Source: an uncultured bacterium (lineage in GTDB: Bacteria > Hydrothermota > Hydrothermia > UBA1063 > CAJXJZ01). From it: a stretch of 64,000 bases of DNA. Both the position numbers and the translations under genes were made by a program. The stretch's first letter is position 1, and each line of letters starts with the position of its first letter. Below the pieces are notes generated by a model. The model was not told the DNA's origin, made no database searches, and saw nothing but the letters and a program-made list of their open reading frames with translations. Of this stretch, positions 1 through 10,230 are shown piece after piece. The stretch is from contig CAJXJZ010000004.1 in the NCBI GenBank assembly GCA_913055745.1, forward strand, positions 8,957 to 72,956, written 5' to 3'.

Positions 1-4
1 ATTT

Positions 5-1609
5 ATGGGTGACCCATCCACCTGTGATACAGGCATGGCTATTATTCGTTATTATAGTCAAGGTTCATGGGGCACATGGACCACTCTAATGGTTTATGGC
101 GGAGATATAATTCAAAATACAGAAACCCTTGATATATATAATGCATCTTTTGGTGCAGATAGCCTTCAAGTAGGTTTTGTATATGCTACCGACACCACAA
201 GTGGTGGTGGGTACTTTGCAGTAGATAATATAGAAATTACAGGTGGTGTACCTTCATCCAATGATGTAGAAGTAATTGATATTTTGTCCCCAAAAGGTTA
301 TATAGGCGACTCTACTTCACCTGTAAATATTCTTGTAACCAATAACTCAGATTCGTCTCTTTCTGGCGTTCCACTTCAAGTTGTAATAACAGATACTGTA
401 ACAGGAACAGAGGTGTATAATGACAATACAACATTTAATATTCAGCCTGGAGAGACTTTAAGTGTTGCACTTTCTGATTTTACGCCCACTTCTGACACAT
501 CATTTTATAATGTTCTGGCATATACAAGCCTTTCAGGTGATTCAACACCCCAAAATGACACAGCCTATGCCTTTGCTTACTCATACCCTATTTTTGGCAG
601 TGTAATGGCAAAATGGGAAATACCGAGTACAGATTCTGGATGGTGGGGGGCTGATTATAACAGAGGTATTTTATATATCTTAGACGCAGCAACAGGGGAG
701 GTTAAAGGCTTTAACCCAAGAACAGGTAATTTCTATCATGTTACAACACTTGACACTGTATTTGACAACAATAGAATAATATTCTGGGACCTTGCCTATG
801 ATTATGAAGCAGGAAACTGGTGGGTAACTGCTTTTAAGCAGGGAGGATCACCCAATTACTCCTATGTATTAAAGTACGATTCATTATGGCATTTTATTAC
901 AGGCAGAGCAGTACCATCTGGTAGTGATAGTAGCACGATAGGTATACCCGCTTCAATAGACGACAAGCCCTTTGCTTCAAATATACTCTATACTGCAAGC
1001 TTTCCACAATATAACACTCAACCTTACACCCTTATAGAAAATGACTTTGACAATCTTGATTCCATCACATTCATAGATAATGTAAAAGTTGTACAAATGG
1101 CCGGTGTACCTGCCACACTTGGCCTAATCAGTGATACGCTATTTTTAATGCAATCCGCTGGCTGCAATGTGATAAATCTTGTGTCTGTACAGCGAATTGA
1201 TACATCCACTACATACACCATCCTTGCACAAGATTCTCTTAGTGAAGTTCCAACAGGAGGTGATATTGAATACCGTTATGGGCAGGACCCCAACCATTGG
1301 ATTGTTGCATATCTTACCATTGAAGGTCATGCCATTTATAAGGTATCCATGGGTATGAGATGGGACAAGGTGAATATAAGTGAAAAACACAATTATAGAT
1401 CTCATATACCAGCAACATACTTTGTGCACAAGGGGATACTTCCTGCATCACTTTATTCAAATCTTAAGGGTAAAAACATAAGAATTTATTCTCCAAATGG
1501 AAGGATGCTGTTTGAGGGGACATTGAAAAGTCCCATACTGCCATTAAAAAAGAGTGGCATTTTCTTCATAAACGCAGGCACATTGCATTTAAAACTCTTA
1601 AACAGATGA
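5..1609 (+). CDS. Secreted/surface protein (CARDB/Ig-like and beta-rich region, T9SS-like C-terminal sorting domain), probably 5'-partial
   Basis: Frame is open to the window edge and there is no signal peptide at the first Met. D/T/S-rich beta sequence with a CARDB-like 'NDVEVIDILSP...NDTA'. C-terminus 'IRIYSPNGRMLF...KSGIFFI'. Confidence 0.65.
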   Translation: MGDPSTCDTGMAIIRYYSQGSWGTWTTLMVYGGDIIQNTETLDIYNASFGADSLQVGFVYATDTTSGGGYFAVDNIEITGGVPSSNDVEVIDILSPKGYIGDSTSPVNILVTNNSDSSLSGVPLQVVITDTVTGTEVYNDNTTFNIQPGETLSVALSDFTPTSDTSFYNVLAYTSLSGDSTPQNDTAYAFAYSYPIFGSVMAKWEIPSTDSGWWGADYNRGILYILDAATGEVKGFNPRTGNFYHVTTLDTVFDNNRIIFWDLAYDYEAGNWWVTAFKQGGSPNYSYVLKYDSLWHFITGRAVPSGSDSSTIGIPASIDDKPFASNILYTASFPQYNTQPYTLIENDFDNLDSITFIDNVKVVQMAGVPATLGLISDTLFLMQSAGCNVINLVSVQRIDTSTTYTILAQDSLSEVPTGGDIEYRYGQDPNHWIVAYLTIEGHAIYKVSMGMRWDKVNISEKHNYRSHIPATYFVHKGILPASLYSNLKGKNIRIYSPNGRMLFEGTLKSPILPLKKSGIFFINAGTLHLKLLNR

Positions 1610-1617
1610 TACTTATA

Positions 1618-1646
1618 AAGAGGGGGCATATGCCCCCTTCTTTTTT
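1618..1646 (+). terminator. Intrinsic terminator
   Basis: Palindrome AGGGGGCATATGCCCCCT (1621-1638) followed by TCTTTTTT, just after the stop at 1609. Confidence 0.8.
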
Positions 1647-1660
1647 AAGGGGTTGAGCAT

Positions 1661-2200
1661 ATGCATAAGGAAGAGAATGACAATGTAAAAATAGAGGAAA
1701 ATGAGATGGATTTGGACGATAATAAAAGGTTCCTTGGTTATTATGAGAAGTTAAGAGAGGGCATTAGAAAGAAGTTAAATAAAGTAGAAAAGAAACTTGG
1801 GAAAAAGGGTGTTGATATAATTCTCCTTGCACCAGACTTATTCATTCTACTTACTAGACTTATACGTGATGTAAGGGTAGATATGAAAAAGAAAATAACT
1901 CTTGGTGCAGTCATAGCCTACTGGATACTTCCTGCCGACTTACTTCCTGAGGTGATTGTAGGTCCAGTTGGCTATTTAGACGATATCCTTATTACATTGT
2001 ATGTATTGGATGCACTTTTTACAGACACTGACCTTGAAGTACTCCTTGATAATTGGCCCGGTGACCCAGAGGTTATGAAAAACATAAATCTATATGCTCA
2101 AAAGGTTAAGAATTTGCTTAGGGCCGTAGGTGGCAACCTTGAAGAAAAAGCCACCCAATTAGCAGACAGCATACTTAAAGGTGGAAGAAAGGAAGAATAA
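1661..2200 (+). CDS. DUF1232/YkvA family membrane protein
   Basis: Motif 'AYWILPADLLPE...GPVGYLDD'. Confidence 0.85.
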   Translation: MHKEENDNVKIEENEMDLDDNKRFLGYYEKLREGIRKKLNKVEKKLGKKGVDIILLAPDLFILLTRLIRDVRVDMKKKITLGAVIAYWILPADLLPEVIVGPVGYLDDILITLYVLDALFTDTDLEVLLDNWPGDPEVMKNINLYAQKVKNLLRAVGGNLEEKATQLADSILKGGRKEE

Positions 2201-2957
2201 AGGACCTTTAGTCTTACTTACGGACTTTGGATATTCCCATTATGTAGGTATATTGAAAGGTGTTATTTTATCGTACAATCCTGACGCTCTAATAGTTGAC
2301 TTAACCCATAGTATTACGCCATTCAAGGTTGTAGAAGCATCCTATATCTTATATACTTCATACAAATACTTCCCTAAAGGGAGCATCTTCCTGGCAGTTG
2401 TTGACCCAGGGGTAGGGACAGAAAGGGATATCCTCATTACAGAGTATAAAGATTACATATTTATTGCCCCTGACAATGGACTATTAAGTCCTTTTTTAGA
2501 TGAAGGAAAAAACTTTAAGTTTACATCTTTTGATAGATTAGGAGAGATTTCAAATACCTTCCATGGAAGGGACGTGTTTGCACCTATTGCTGCACTTATC
2601 TCAACCGGCGAATCCCCTAAGGACATAGGAACAGTTAAGAAAAATCCTGTGAAAATAGAATGGTGGAGACCTGAGAAAATAGACCAAAACACATACCAGG
2701 GCATAATCCTATTTATAGACAGATTCAACAACGCTATAACTAACATTCCATGTGATTACATAAATAAAATAAACGAGTTTAGGATAAAGGGTATTGTTAT
2801 AAAAGATAAATTTCCCTCATTTGGGCATGCTCCCTACGATACCCCATTTATCTACTGTGGTTCTTCAAAATTTATAGAAATAGGATTAAGAGAGGAAGGA
2901 TTCGCAAAAAAATATGATATTACCCCCCTTTCACCTCTTCTCTGTTTTATAAAATAA
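2181..2957 (+). CDS. DUF62 SAM hydroxide adenosyltransferase (SAM-dependent chlorinase/fluorinase family)
   Basis: Motifs 'LLTDFG', 'VVDPGVGTER', 'APDNGLL', 'TFHGRDVFAP', 'IDRFNN'. Confidence 0.9.
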   Translation: MEERKNKGPLVLLTDFGYSHYVGILKGVILSYNPDALIVDLTHSITPFKVVEASYILYTSYKYFPKGSIFLAVVDPGVGTERDILITEYKDYIFIAPDNGLLSPFLDEGKNFKFTSFDRLGEISNTFHGRDVFAPIAALISTGESPKDIGTVKKNPVKIEWWRPEKIDQNTYQGIILFIDRFNNAITNIPCDYINKINEFRIKGIVIKDKFPSFGHAPYDTPFIYCGSSKFIEIGLREEGFAKKYDITPLSPLLCFIK

Positions 2958-2961
2958 TCCC

Positions 2962-3549
2962 TTATCTTAGCCTTGCAGTTATGCCTTTTACGAGTTCTTC
3001 TGCGACTTGAGAGAACATTATATCCATCTCATCCTGAAGTGTTGGTTGCCATGCACCCCAGAGATATAGGTACCACTTTGAATGTCTTCTCCCGCTTACA
3101 GGTATATCTATTATCCCTTTCGTAGTTTTTATTATGCCATGTCCCTCGATATCTGATTGAAACACATATTCGTATCTTATTCCATTGGGTTGCTCACCTA
3201 TATCATCTATTCTATAAGTCAGTGTGAATTTATCCACAACAAATTTTAAAACAATGGGCGAGGTATCATCAAGTTTCCAGTTTTCCACTGAATCAAGTTC
3301 TGCTCTTAAACTACGGGTAAAGAGAGAATCAAATGCTGTTCCAAAGAAGCTCTTAAAACCAGGATGTGTACCCAAAATAGAAAGAGAGACCTTACCAGAA
3401 TCAGGGTTTAGATATGCGCCTTCAAAGTGTATTACCATGGGTTTTGAAGCAGTTATCTTAACATATGGCTTATGCGTATACCTAAATGTAGCACCGCTGC
3501 AAGAAAGAAGAGGTAATAATAAAAGCACCAAATATTTTTTTAACTTCAT
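2962..3549 (-). CDS. Hypothetical lipoprotein
   Basis: Signal peptide ending in lipobox 'LLSC'; TTGACA upstream at 3582-3587. Confidence 0.7.
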   Translation of the reverse strand: MKLKKYLVLLLLPLLSCSGATFRYTHKPYVKITASKPMVIHFEGAYLNPDSGKVSLSILGTHPGFKSFFGTAFDSLFTRSLRAELDSVENWKLDDTSPIVLKFVVDKFTLTYRIDDIGEQPNGIRYEYVFQSDIEGHGIIKTTKGIIDIPVSGRRHSKWYLYLWGAWQPTLQDEMDIMFSQVAEELVKGITARLR

Positions 3550-3598
3550 AACATTATATTTTTACACTATCCTTCCTGAACTGTCAACCCGCTAAAAA

Positions 3599-4363
3599 TT
3601 ACCCTTTATAATAGGTTTGATGCTCAAGCAATTGTTCTTCTGGGACATCCCTTACCACCTTGGCAGGAACGCCCATTACAATCTTGCGGGGTGGCACATC
3701 ACGGGTTACAACTGAGCCTGCAGCGACCAGTGCATCTTCACCAACAACAATGCCAGGCAAAAATGTCGCATTTGCTCCTATGCGCGCGCCCTTTTTCACA
3801 TGCACCCCTCTATGATACTTAAACCTCTCTTCTGTCCTTCCAAGGAAGTTGTCATTTGTAAAGGTCACCTCTGGGGCAATAAAGCAGTAGTCCTCTACTA
3901 CTGATATGGCAGTGATATATGCCTCTGTCTCCAATTTGCAATACTTCCCTATTTTTACACGGTTTTCAACAGTAACACCACGACCGACCACAGTAAACTC
4001 CCCTATTTCTACATCCTCTCTTACACTCGCCAGGTCTGCAACAAATACGCCCTCATTTATCCTTGCACCACGATAAATAACTACCAGGCTACCAACTCTA
4101 ACGCCATCCTTTATTTCAAGTGGTGGTAACTCCTTCTCCTGTGTAGTAGCAGAGATCTTTGATTTTATAGGCATTCTTCCCAAGACTGTATTATCCTCTA
4201 TTTTAACACTGTTTCCAATAACTGTACCTTTTTTTATTACAACATTGTGACCAAGATATACATTGTCACCTATCACAACATCATCTTCTATAATTACATT
4301 ACACCCAGTTACAAGGCCCTTACCTATTTTAGCCCTTTTGCTTATAACATTATTGCAATTCAA
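3599..4363 (-). CDS. Hexapeptide-repeat N-acetyltransferase (WbpD-like nucleotide-sugar acetyltransferase)
   Basis: Left-handed beta-helix hexapeptide repeats, 'FTNDNF', 'GAxIGANAT', 'AAGSVVTRDVP...GVPA'. Confidence 0.85.
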   Translation of the reverse strand: MNCNNVISKRAKIGKGLVTGCNVIIEDDVVIGDNVYLGHNVVIKKGTVIGNSVKIEDNTVLGRMPIKSKISATTQEKELPPLEIKDGVRVGSLVVIYRGARINEGVFVADLASVREDVEIGEFTVVGRGVTVENRVKIGKYCKLETEAYITAISVVEDYCFIAPEVTFTNDNFLGRTEERFKYHRGVHVKKGARIGANATFLPGIVVGEDALVAAGSVVTRDVPPRKIVMGVPAKVVRDVPEEQLLEHQTYYKG

Positions 4364-5363
4364 TGCTTACACCCCCATTTTTCATTGATTTTTCTGCATT
4401 TTCAAGTATTTTTGTTATCTCTACTGCCAATTCACCTGAGGATATGGGCTCTTTACCTGTTTTTATACATTCAATAAAATCCTTCTGCTCCTGCTTTAAT
4501 GGCTCAGCATTCTCTATCCTTGGCGAAAATATATCACCATATCTCACAGCGACATTGGGAGAATACGGGAAAAGAGAGGTATAAAGGTCCCAATTTACTC
4601 CCTTGTTGTAAACCTTTATTTTCTCATCCTGAGCCATATCATCAAACACCACCATCTTTTCTGATCCTACAAGTTTCATGAGCCTGACCTTATGTGGATC
4701 AAGCCATGAAACATGTATATGTGCCATAAATCCACTTTCAAACTCAATATCTAAGAATGCCACATCCTCTATATCCTTGTCTTTCTGTATAAAGGCCTTT
4801 CCAAAACCTCTTACCCTCTTTGGTTTATCTTTTTTCAAAAGATACAGAACAATGGATATGTCATGTGGAGCAAGACTCCACATAACATTTTCAACCCTTC
4901 TAATCTTACCTAAGTTGAGCCTCTGAAAATACGCATAATATGGCGTTCCCAACTCACCACTGTCTAAAAGTTCCTTTATCTTTGCTAAGGCAGGATGATA
5001 CAAAAGCAAATGCCCAACCAGTAGTGGAACATTGTGTGCCTTTGCCATCTCATGAACCTTTATGGCCTCCTCTGTTTTTAGTGCTAAGGGCTTTTCAACG
5101 AGCACTGGTTTCTTGTGCGATATCACATCCATTGCTATCTCTACATGTGTTTTTGCAGGTGTTGCAATAATTACACCATCAACCTCTCCGAGAAAATCCC
5201 TGTAGTTTTTACTTGTTTTCGCCTTGGGCACATGTTTTTTAGCACGACTTAGCATATCCTCTGATAGATCAGAGACATAGATCTGTTCTACCTCACTGTT
5301 TGATGCAAGGGCCCTTAAATGATTGAATCCCCATCCACCACTTCCAATAAGGAGTATCTTCAT
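4350..5363 (-). CDS. Gfo/Idh/MocA oxidoreductase (WbpB-like sugar-nucleotide dehydrogenase)
   Basis: 'IGSGGWG', 'VEKP', 'VGH', 'LAPHD', 'SWLDPHK'. Confidence 0.88.
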   Translation of the reverse strand: MKILLIGSGGWGFNHLRALASNSEVEQIYVSDLSEDMLSRAKKHVPKAKTSKNYRDFLGEVDGVIIATPAKTHVEIAMDVISHKKPVLVEKPLALKTEEAIKVHEMAKAHNVPLLVGHLLLYHPALAKIKELLDSGELGTPYYAYFQRLNLGKIRRVENVMWSLAPHDISIVLYLLKKDKPKRVRGFGKAFIQKDKDIEDVAFLDIEFESGFMAHIHVSWLDPHKVRLMKLVGSEKMVVFDDMAQDEKIKVYNKGVNWDLYTSLFPYSPNVAVRYGDIFSPRIENAEPLKQEQKDFIECIKTGKEPISSGELAVEITKILENAEKSMKNGGVSIELQ

Positions 5364-6277
5364 TTTTTATCTCCCTTAGGCAAAAGTCCAGCCTTTTTTA
5401 ACACCTCATCAAACCAACTACGATATATTTTAAATACCTCACCAGGCCTTTTATTTGAAGCAACATATAGGGCATACTTGTCTTTTTTGCCAACAGTTAT
5501 CTCTATGGTATCATCTTGCTGGGTTATAAATACAACCCTTTTATTTGAATCTTTTAAACCTGTTTCATTAGAGGGTTTGTTGTCAGCAAAACCAAAGGCA
5601 GTTAAAACCCTTGCACGATTGATTGTTGCCTTTATCACACTTGTATCCTTTACAGGATTTGATATAAATGTATCCCCTGATACTTTTACGCTAAATGTAT
5701 CCTTGTCGTTTATGAGAGTGAAGGACTTTATATCTTTTAACTTAAGGTCAACTATCTTTTTATTTCTATAGTTATCCGTGTTTGTTGATATTTCATAAGG
5801 CGCGAGGCCAAAGAGGGTATAGACCTTTTTTGTCTTTGGAAAAACGAAATAAAATGAACTATAAACAGGCCCTCTTTTTCCTATTATTAATGTTTTTGTT
5901 TTTCCATCTTTTGTTGTAATAAAAAGGCGAGTAGAAGAGGTATCATTTATGCCATAGTCAGCCTTATTCTTCATATTGTAGCCTGCAATCTGGTATGTTG
6001 CCTGGAGCATTTTCCCTGCAAGTTGATTTATCCTGTCATTATTGGCTGGTAATACCCTTCCTTTTAGATTGACAACCCAATTATTACCCCTTCTGGCTAA
6101 CATAACGGTATCAGTATCCCTTATCATCTTTATTCCTGTAATTTCTGTTGAATCTGCAATGTTTAATAGTTTATATCTTTTTATATAGCCTGTGCTTTTT
6201 TGATGTATCTTTAAATATATACCGAATATAATGAAAAGAACTAAAATCCCAAGTCTTACTGTCCATTTTCTATTCAT
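5360..6277 (-). CDS. DUF4340 domain protein
   Basis: N-terminal TM, two 'YGI/TGL...L.IGK' repeats; typical fourth gene of GldAFG-like loci. Confidence 0.75.
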   Translation of the reverse strand: MNRKWTVRLGILVLFIIFGIYLKIHQKSTGYIKRYKLLNIADSTEITGIKMIRDTDTVMLARRGNNWVVNLKGRVLPANNDRINQLAGKMLQATYQIAGYNMKNKADYGINDTSSTRLFITTKDGKTKTLIIGKRGPVYSSFYFVFPKTKKVYTLFGLAPYEISTNTDNYRNKKIVDLKLKDIKSFTLINDKDTFSVKVSGDTFISNPVKDTSVIKATINRARVLTAFGFADNKPSNETGLKDSNKRVVFITQQDDTIEITVGKKDKYALYVASNKRPGEVFKIYRSWFDEVLKKAGLLPKGDKK

Positions 6278-7754
6278 TTTTATCCTCCTTTATCAAAGAG
6301 AGTCTTTTTCTCCTCCTTATATTATAGGCAACACCAAAGATTATAATAAGAAGTGGCACACCTATGATGTTAATGTACTTTATAAGGAGCCTCCCTTGGT
6401 CTGAAACAGGCTTTATGGGCCTTAAAAGTCCCTGTTTTACCCGGATTTCACTAAGTCCACCACCAAGTGCATAAAAGTCAACTAAATTAGCGAGAAAAAC
6501 GAGATTGGATGCATAAACATCAATGTACCTATCCTCTACAAATGCATCATTGCCAATTACAGTAACTCTGAAGTGTTTGCCATCTGTAAGTTTTCCGTCA
6601 ATACTCACTCCCATGAGGAATTTTTTAAACGCGTTTTCATCCTTGGGTACCGTTATATAATCAGGGCTTAAAAACATACCCACGGTATCCTCCCATGCAT
6701 ACTGCGATGTTGTAACAAGGGGTGTAAACTTCATATGCCCATTATTAAATGTATCTATACTGCTTGCCCACGGCAACATAAGCATTTTTATCCCTTTAAG
6801 GGGTTTCACATTTTTATTTATATTCTCTGGCAATATCCTGAGCCACGGATAATATGGCCTTTCCACAACGAAAAACTGTGTTTTAAATGGAGCAAGTTCA
6901 CATGAGCGGTCCATAATAACATTTTTACTTATAACAAAACCATACTTTTTAAATGGAGTAAACCTATCATCAGGATACATGCTACCAAAGAGAGATCTTT
7001 CAGGTATTTTTATCCTTGAAGCCATCAAAATAACAGGAACATCCTCTTCAATATATTTTTTTAGCATAGAAATTGTTGTATCTTTGTAAGAGCCAATATC
7101 ACCGGCAATAACCAGGTCCACAGGTGTAAATTGCGTATCAGGGACTATTACAACATCATAGGTCTTATTAAGTGTCTTTATTAGATTTGAATACCTTTCC
7201 CTTACTTTTATAGAGGATGGAAACAAAAGACCTATTTTTATGTTTTTACCTTGTTCAAGTCTAACAAGCCTGTACGTGAGTTCATACTCAAGGTCCCGAG
7301 CCCTCTTAACAAAGGGAATTACCTCTTTTTTGTCTTTATAGGATAAAACTATACCAAAGTAACCTTTTATTACCTTTAATTGGTCCTTTTCATATACATT
7401 CATTTGAACAGGAGCAACACCACTCGCTGATGCCTCCATCTCAATTTGCTTAGATTTTGAAGGGTCAAGCACCTCTATCTTTATTTTTCCTCCACTCGCC
7501 TGTCTGTATTCTTCCAATATGTCCATAACACGCTGTTTAATGGGTAAAAGTTCAGAAGGGAGTTTTGAAGATACATACACCCTCACCCTAACAATATCAT
7601 CCAACTCATGAAGATACTTTTTTGTGGTCTCTGATAATGTGTAAGCCTTACTTTCTGTGAGGTCAATCCTGGTATAAAAAATAGATGCGACAAAGTTAAT
7701 AACAAACACAAGAACTATAAAATACAAAAGATCTAAGATATTTACTCTTTTCAT
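6270..7754 (-). CDS. GldG-like ABC transporter auxiliary component
   Basis: 'RIDLTESKAYTLSETT', 'LEYELT', N- and C-terminal TMs. Confidence 0.85.
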   Translation of the reverse strand: MKRVNILDLLYFIVLVFVINFVASIFYTRIDLTESKAYTLSETTKKYLHELDDIVRVRVYVSSKLPSELLPIKQRVMDILEEYRQASGGKIKIEVLDPSKSKQIEMEASASGVAPVQMNVYEKDQLKVIKGYFGIVLSYKDKKEVIPFVKRARDLEYELTYRLVRLEQGKNIKIGLLFPSSIKVRERYSNLIKTLNKTYDVVIVPDTQFTPVDLVIAGDIGSYKDTTISMLKKYIEEDVPVILMASRIKIPERSLFGSMYPDDRFTPFKKYGFVISKNVIMDRSCELAPFKTQFFVVERPYYPWLRILPENINKNVKPLKGIKMLMLPWASSIDTFNNGHMKFTPLVTTSQYAWEDTVGMFLSPDYITVPKDENAFKKFLMGVSIDGKLTDGKHFRVTVIGNDAFVEDRYIDVYASNLVFLANLVDFYALGGGLSEIRVKQGLLRPIKPVSDQGRLLIKYINIIGVPLLIIIFGVAYNIRRRKRLSLIKEDKNE

Positions 7755-7756
7755 GG

Positions 7757-8464
7757 TTATCTCCTTTTTTCAAGAACATAATAGGTAGCATAAAGGAAGA
7801 TAAATATTACGGAAAGATAATAAACAACATCCCTTGTATCTATAACTCCACGGACCATGGCATCAAAGTGGCTGCCCAATGACATGTATGAGAGGAATGA
7901 GGCTATAGCATTTGAAAGGCCTAAGGTAAAAAGGGGCTGACCTAAAAAGTAGAGCACAAAGGAAAATATCACGCCTAAAATAAAACTTATTACCTGGTTC
8001 TTTGAAAGCGAAGAGGCAAAAATACCTATTGCCACATAGGATGCGCCTAAAAGTAATGCACCAATGTAGCCACTTACTATTTCACCTATATCAGGAGACC
8101 CTATGATAAAAAGGGTAATAGGCACGCTGAGTGTAAATGCAAGGGTTATGGTCAAAAGTAAAAACGCGGCAAGGAACTTGTCAAACACAATCTTAGAAGT
8201 AGAAGTGGGGTAGGTTAAAAGTATTTCAATAGTTTTTGTCTTTTGCTCTTCTGCAAAACTTCTCATGGTTATAGCAGGAACAAAAATAATGAAAAACCAC
8301 GGCAAAAGCGTGAAAAAGAACCTCATAGAAGCCTCACCAACCACAAAAAAACCTCTAAAGTATAAAAACAATAAAAGGCCTGAAAATACTATCATAAAAA
8401 TGTAAGCCATGGGTGAATATAAGGAAAGATTTAAATCCCTAATTGCTGTTTTATACCTCTTCAT
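7757..8464 (-). CDS. GldF-like ABC-2 permease
   Basis: 'PAITMRSFAEEQKTKTIEILLTYP', 'SSLSKNQ', 'RGVIDTRDVVYY'. Confidence 0.9.
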   Translation of the reverse strand: MKRYKTAIRDLNLSLYSPMAYIFMIVFSGLLLFLYFRGFFVVGEASMRFFFTLLPWFFIIFVPAITMRSFAEEQKTKTIEILLTYPTSTSKIVFDKFLAAFLLLTITLAFTLSVPITLFIIGSPDIGEIVSGYIGALLLGASYVAIGIFASSLSKNQVISFILGVIFSFVLYFLGQPLFTLGLSNAIASFLSYMSLGSHFDAMVRGVIDTRDVVYYLSVIFIFLYATYYVLEKRR

Positions 8465-9393
8465 GCCACATCCTCCTTTGTGAGTTTAAGGAAGATATCC
8501 TCAAGTGATACACGTTCTCTCCACATTTCCAATAACACTGTCTTATTTTCACTTGCAATATTAAAAATCCGCTCTCTTAGATCACCCTTTTCATCATGTG
8601 TCACTATAAATTCAACCTCATTATCTCTTTCCTTGACTTCCACTATATCAATGCCCGATGCCTTTAATACTTGTTCAAAATTTTTATCCTTCACCACTAT
8701 ATGAACTATAACTTCACCCTTTGCCATCTTCTCAAGTTCATCAGGAGTTCCTTGCGCAACAATTTTACCTTTATTTATAATCACTATCTTATCGCTTATA
8801 TGCTGAGCCTCCTGCATGATATGGGTTGAGAGAATTACTGTCTTTTCCTTAGAAAGTTCTTTTATAAGTTCCCTCATTGAAACGATTTGGGATGGGTCTA
8901 ATCCAGAAGTGGGTTCATCCAGGATTAAAACCTCAGGGTCATGAATCAGGGCATGGGCAAGGCCTACTCTCTGTCTATATCCCTTTGAGAGTTCACCAAT
9001 GGGCCTTGTCAATACATCCTCTATACCTGTTTTATCAACAACATCCCAAAGTCTCTTTTTAAACTCATGTTTTGATACAAACCGCATTGCGGCACCGTAT
9101 TCTAAATACTCATAAGGGGTCATATCCTCATACAAAGGGTTGTCTTCAGGAAGATACCCTATCTTACGCTTTGCCAGCTCAGGATATCTCACTACATCCA
9201 TACCTCCAACCTCAACCTTCCCCTCATCTGGTAAAAAATAACCTGTGATCATCCGCATGGTAGTGGTTTTACCTGCCCCATTAGGACCTAAAAAACCCAC
9301 TATTTCACCTGGTTTTACGAAGAGGGATACATTACGGACTGCAACGATGTCTCCAAACCTCTTTGTAACCTGCGTAAGTTGAATCATAGACAC
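8461..9393 (-). CDS. GldA-like ABC transporter ATP-binding protein
   Basis: Walker A GPNGAGKT, signature LSKGYRQR, Walker B LILDEP; GTG start with GGAGG RBS. Confidence 0.92.
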   Translation of the reverse strand: MSMIQLTQVTKRFGDIVAVRNVSLFVKPGEIVGFLGPNGAGKTTTMRMITGYFLPDEGKVEVGGMDVVRYPELAKRKIGYLPEDNPLYEDMTPYEYLEYGAAMRFVSKHEFKKRLWDVVDKTGIEDVLTRPIGELSKGYRQRVGLAHALIHDPEVLILDEPTSGLDPSQIVSMRELIKELSKEKTVILSTHIMQEAQHISDKIVIINKGKIVAQGTPDELEKMAKGEVIVHIVVKDKNFEQVLKASGIDIVEVKERDNEVEFIVTHDEKGDLRERIFNIASENKTVLLEMWRERVSLEDIFLKLTKEDVA

Positions 9394-9447
9394 ACCTCCT
9401 GTGTAGGCATTTATATTTTATAACAATACTCTCGTTTTGTTAAAGGA

Positions 9448-10230
9448 CTATGCTATGGAACTCTTCAATATTTTAATGTAATCTTCTACACTTAGGTCCT
9501 CTGCCCTCTTGTCAAGATAACGCTCATCCTGGGGCCCTATAGACTTAAAAAGCGTATTTTTAAGTTTCTTCCTCCTTGATGAAAACGCTATTTTCACTAT
9601 TTGTTCAAATTCCTTAAAATGCTCATCTATTTCCCCAACCTTATCCTTTTTGCATATTTTAACAAAGGAAGAGGTTACTTTGGGCTCAGGATAAAAAGAA
9701 CCGGGCCTTATATCAAACAGAATACTGACATCAAAAAATGCCTGTGTCAAAACCGAAAGGGCGGCATACTCCTTTGTTGAAGGCAAAGATACTAACCTTT
9801 TTGCCACCTCTTTTTGCATCATAAAATAGGCGCATTCAAGTTTTGAATGTTCTTTGATTATCTTTCTAAGTATCAATCCTGTAATGTGATATGGAATATT
9901 TCCCACTATTTTTACCCTTTCCATTCCATAAAGGTTACTAAAATCATTAAAATTGAACGCTAAAAAGTCTCCTAAGACACAAATTCTATCATGAAAGTGC
10001 ATATTAACAGCACCTTGAACTAATTTCTTTCTCAACATATCGTCCTTTTCAAAAACAATTAACCTTGCGCCCTTTATTAGCATGGGGAATGTAATAGCAC
10101 CCTCACCCCCACCGATTTCCACAAGCAATTCATTGTCTTTAATGTCTAAACTATTTATAATTTTATTTATAATGTTTTTATCCTTTAAAAAGACCTGGCT
10201 GAGTTTTACATGCCTTTTCCTCTTGCTCAT
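9448..10230 (-). CDS. rsmA: 16S rRNA adenine dimethyltransferase
   Basis: 'SQVFL', 'EIGGGEGAIT', 'VGNIPYHIT', 'MQKEVAKRL', 'FYPEPKVTS', 'RRKKLKN'. Confidence 0.93.
   Translation of the reverse strand: MSKRKRHVKLSQVFLKDKNIINKIINSLDIKDNELLVEIGGGEGAITFPMLIKGARLIVFEKDDMLRKKLVQGAVNMHFHDRICVLGDFLAFNFNDFSNLYGMERVKIVGNIPYHITGLILRKIIKEHSKLECAYFMMQKEVAKRLVSLPSTKEYAALSVLTQAFFDVSILFDIRPGSFYPEPKVTSSFVKICKKDKVGEIDEHFKEFEQIVKIAFSSRRKKLKNTLFKSIGPQDERYLDKRAEDLSVEDYIKILKSSIA

Noticed and set aside
2181-2957. Fluorinase/chlorinase for halometabolite synthesis
   Set aside because: It retains the DUF62 hydrolase-type motifs (TFHGRD) and has no biosynthetic cluster context.
6270-9393. Evidence of gliding motility
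   Set aside because: GldAFG-like ABC + DUF4340 loci are widespread in non-gliding bacteria; no gldJ/K/L/M/N or sprB seen.
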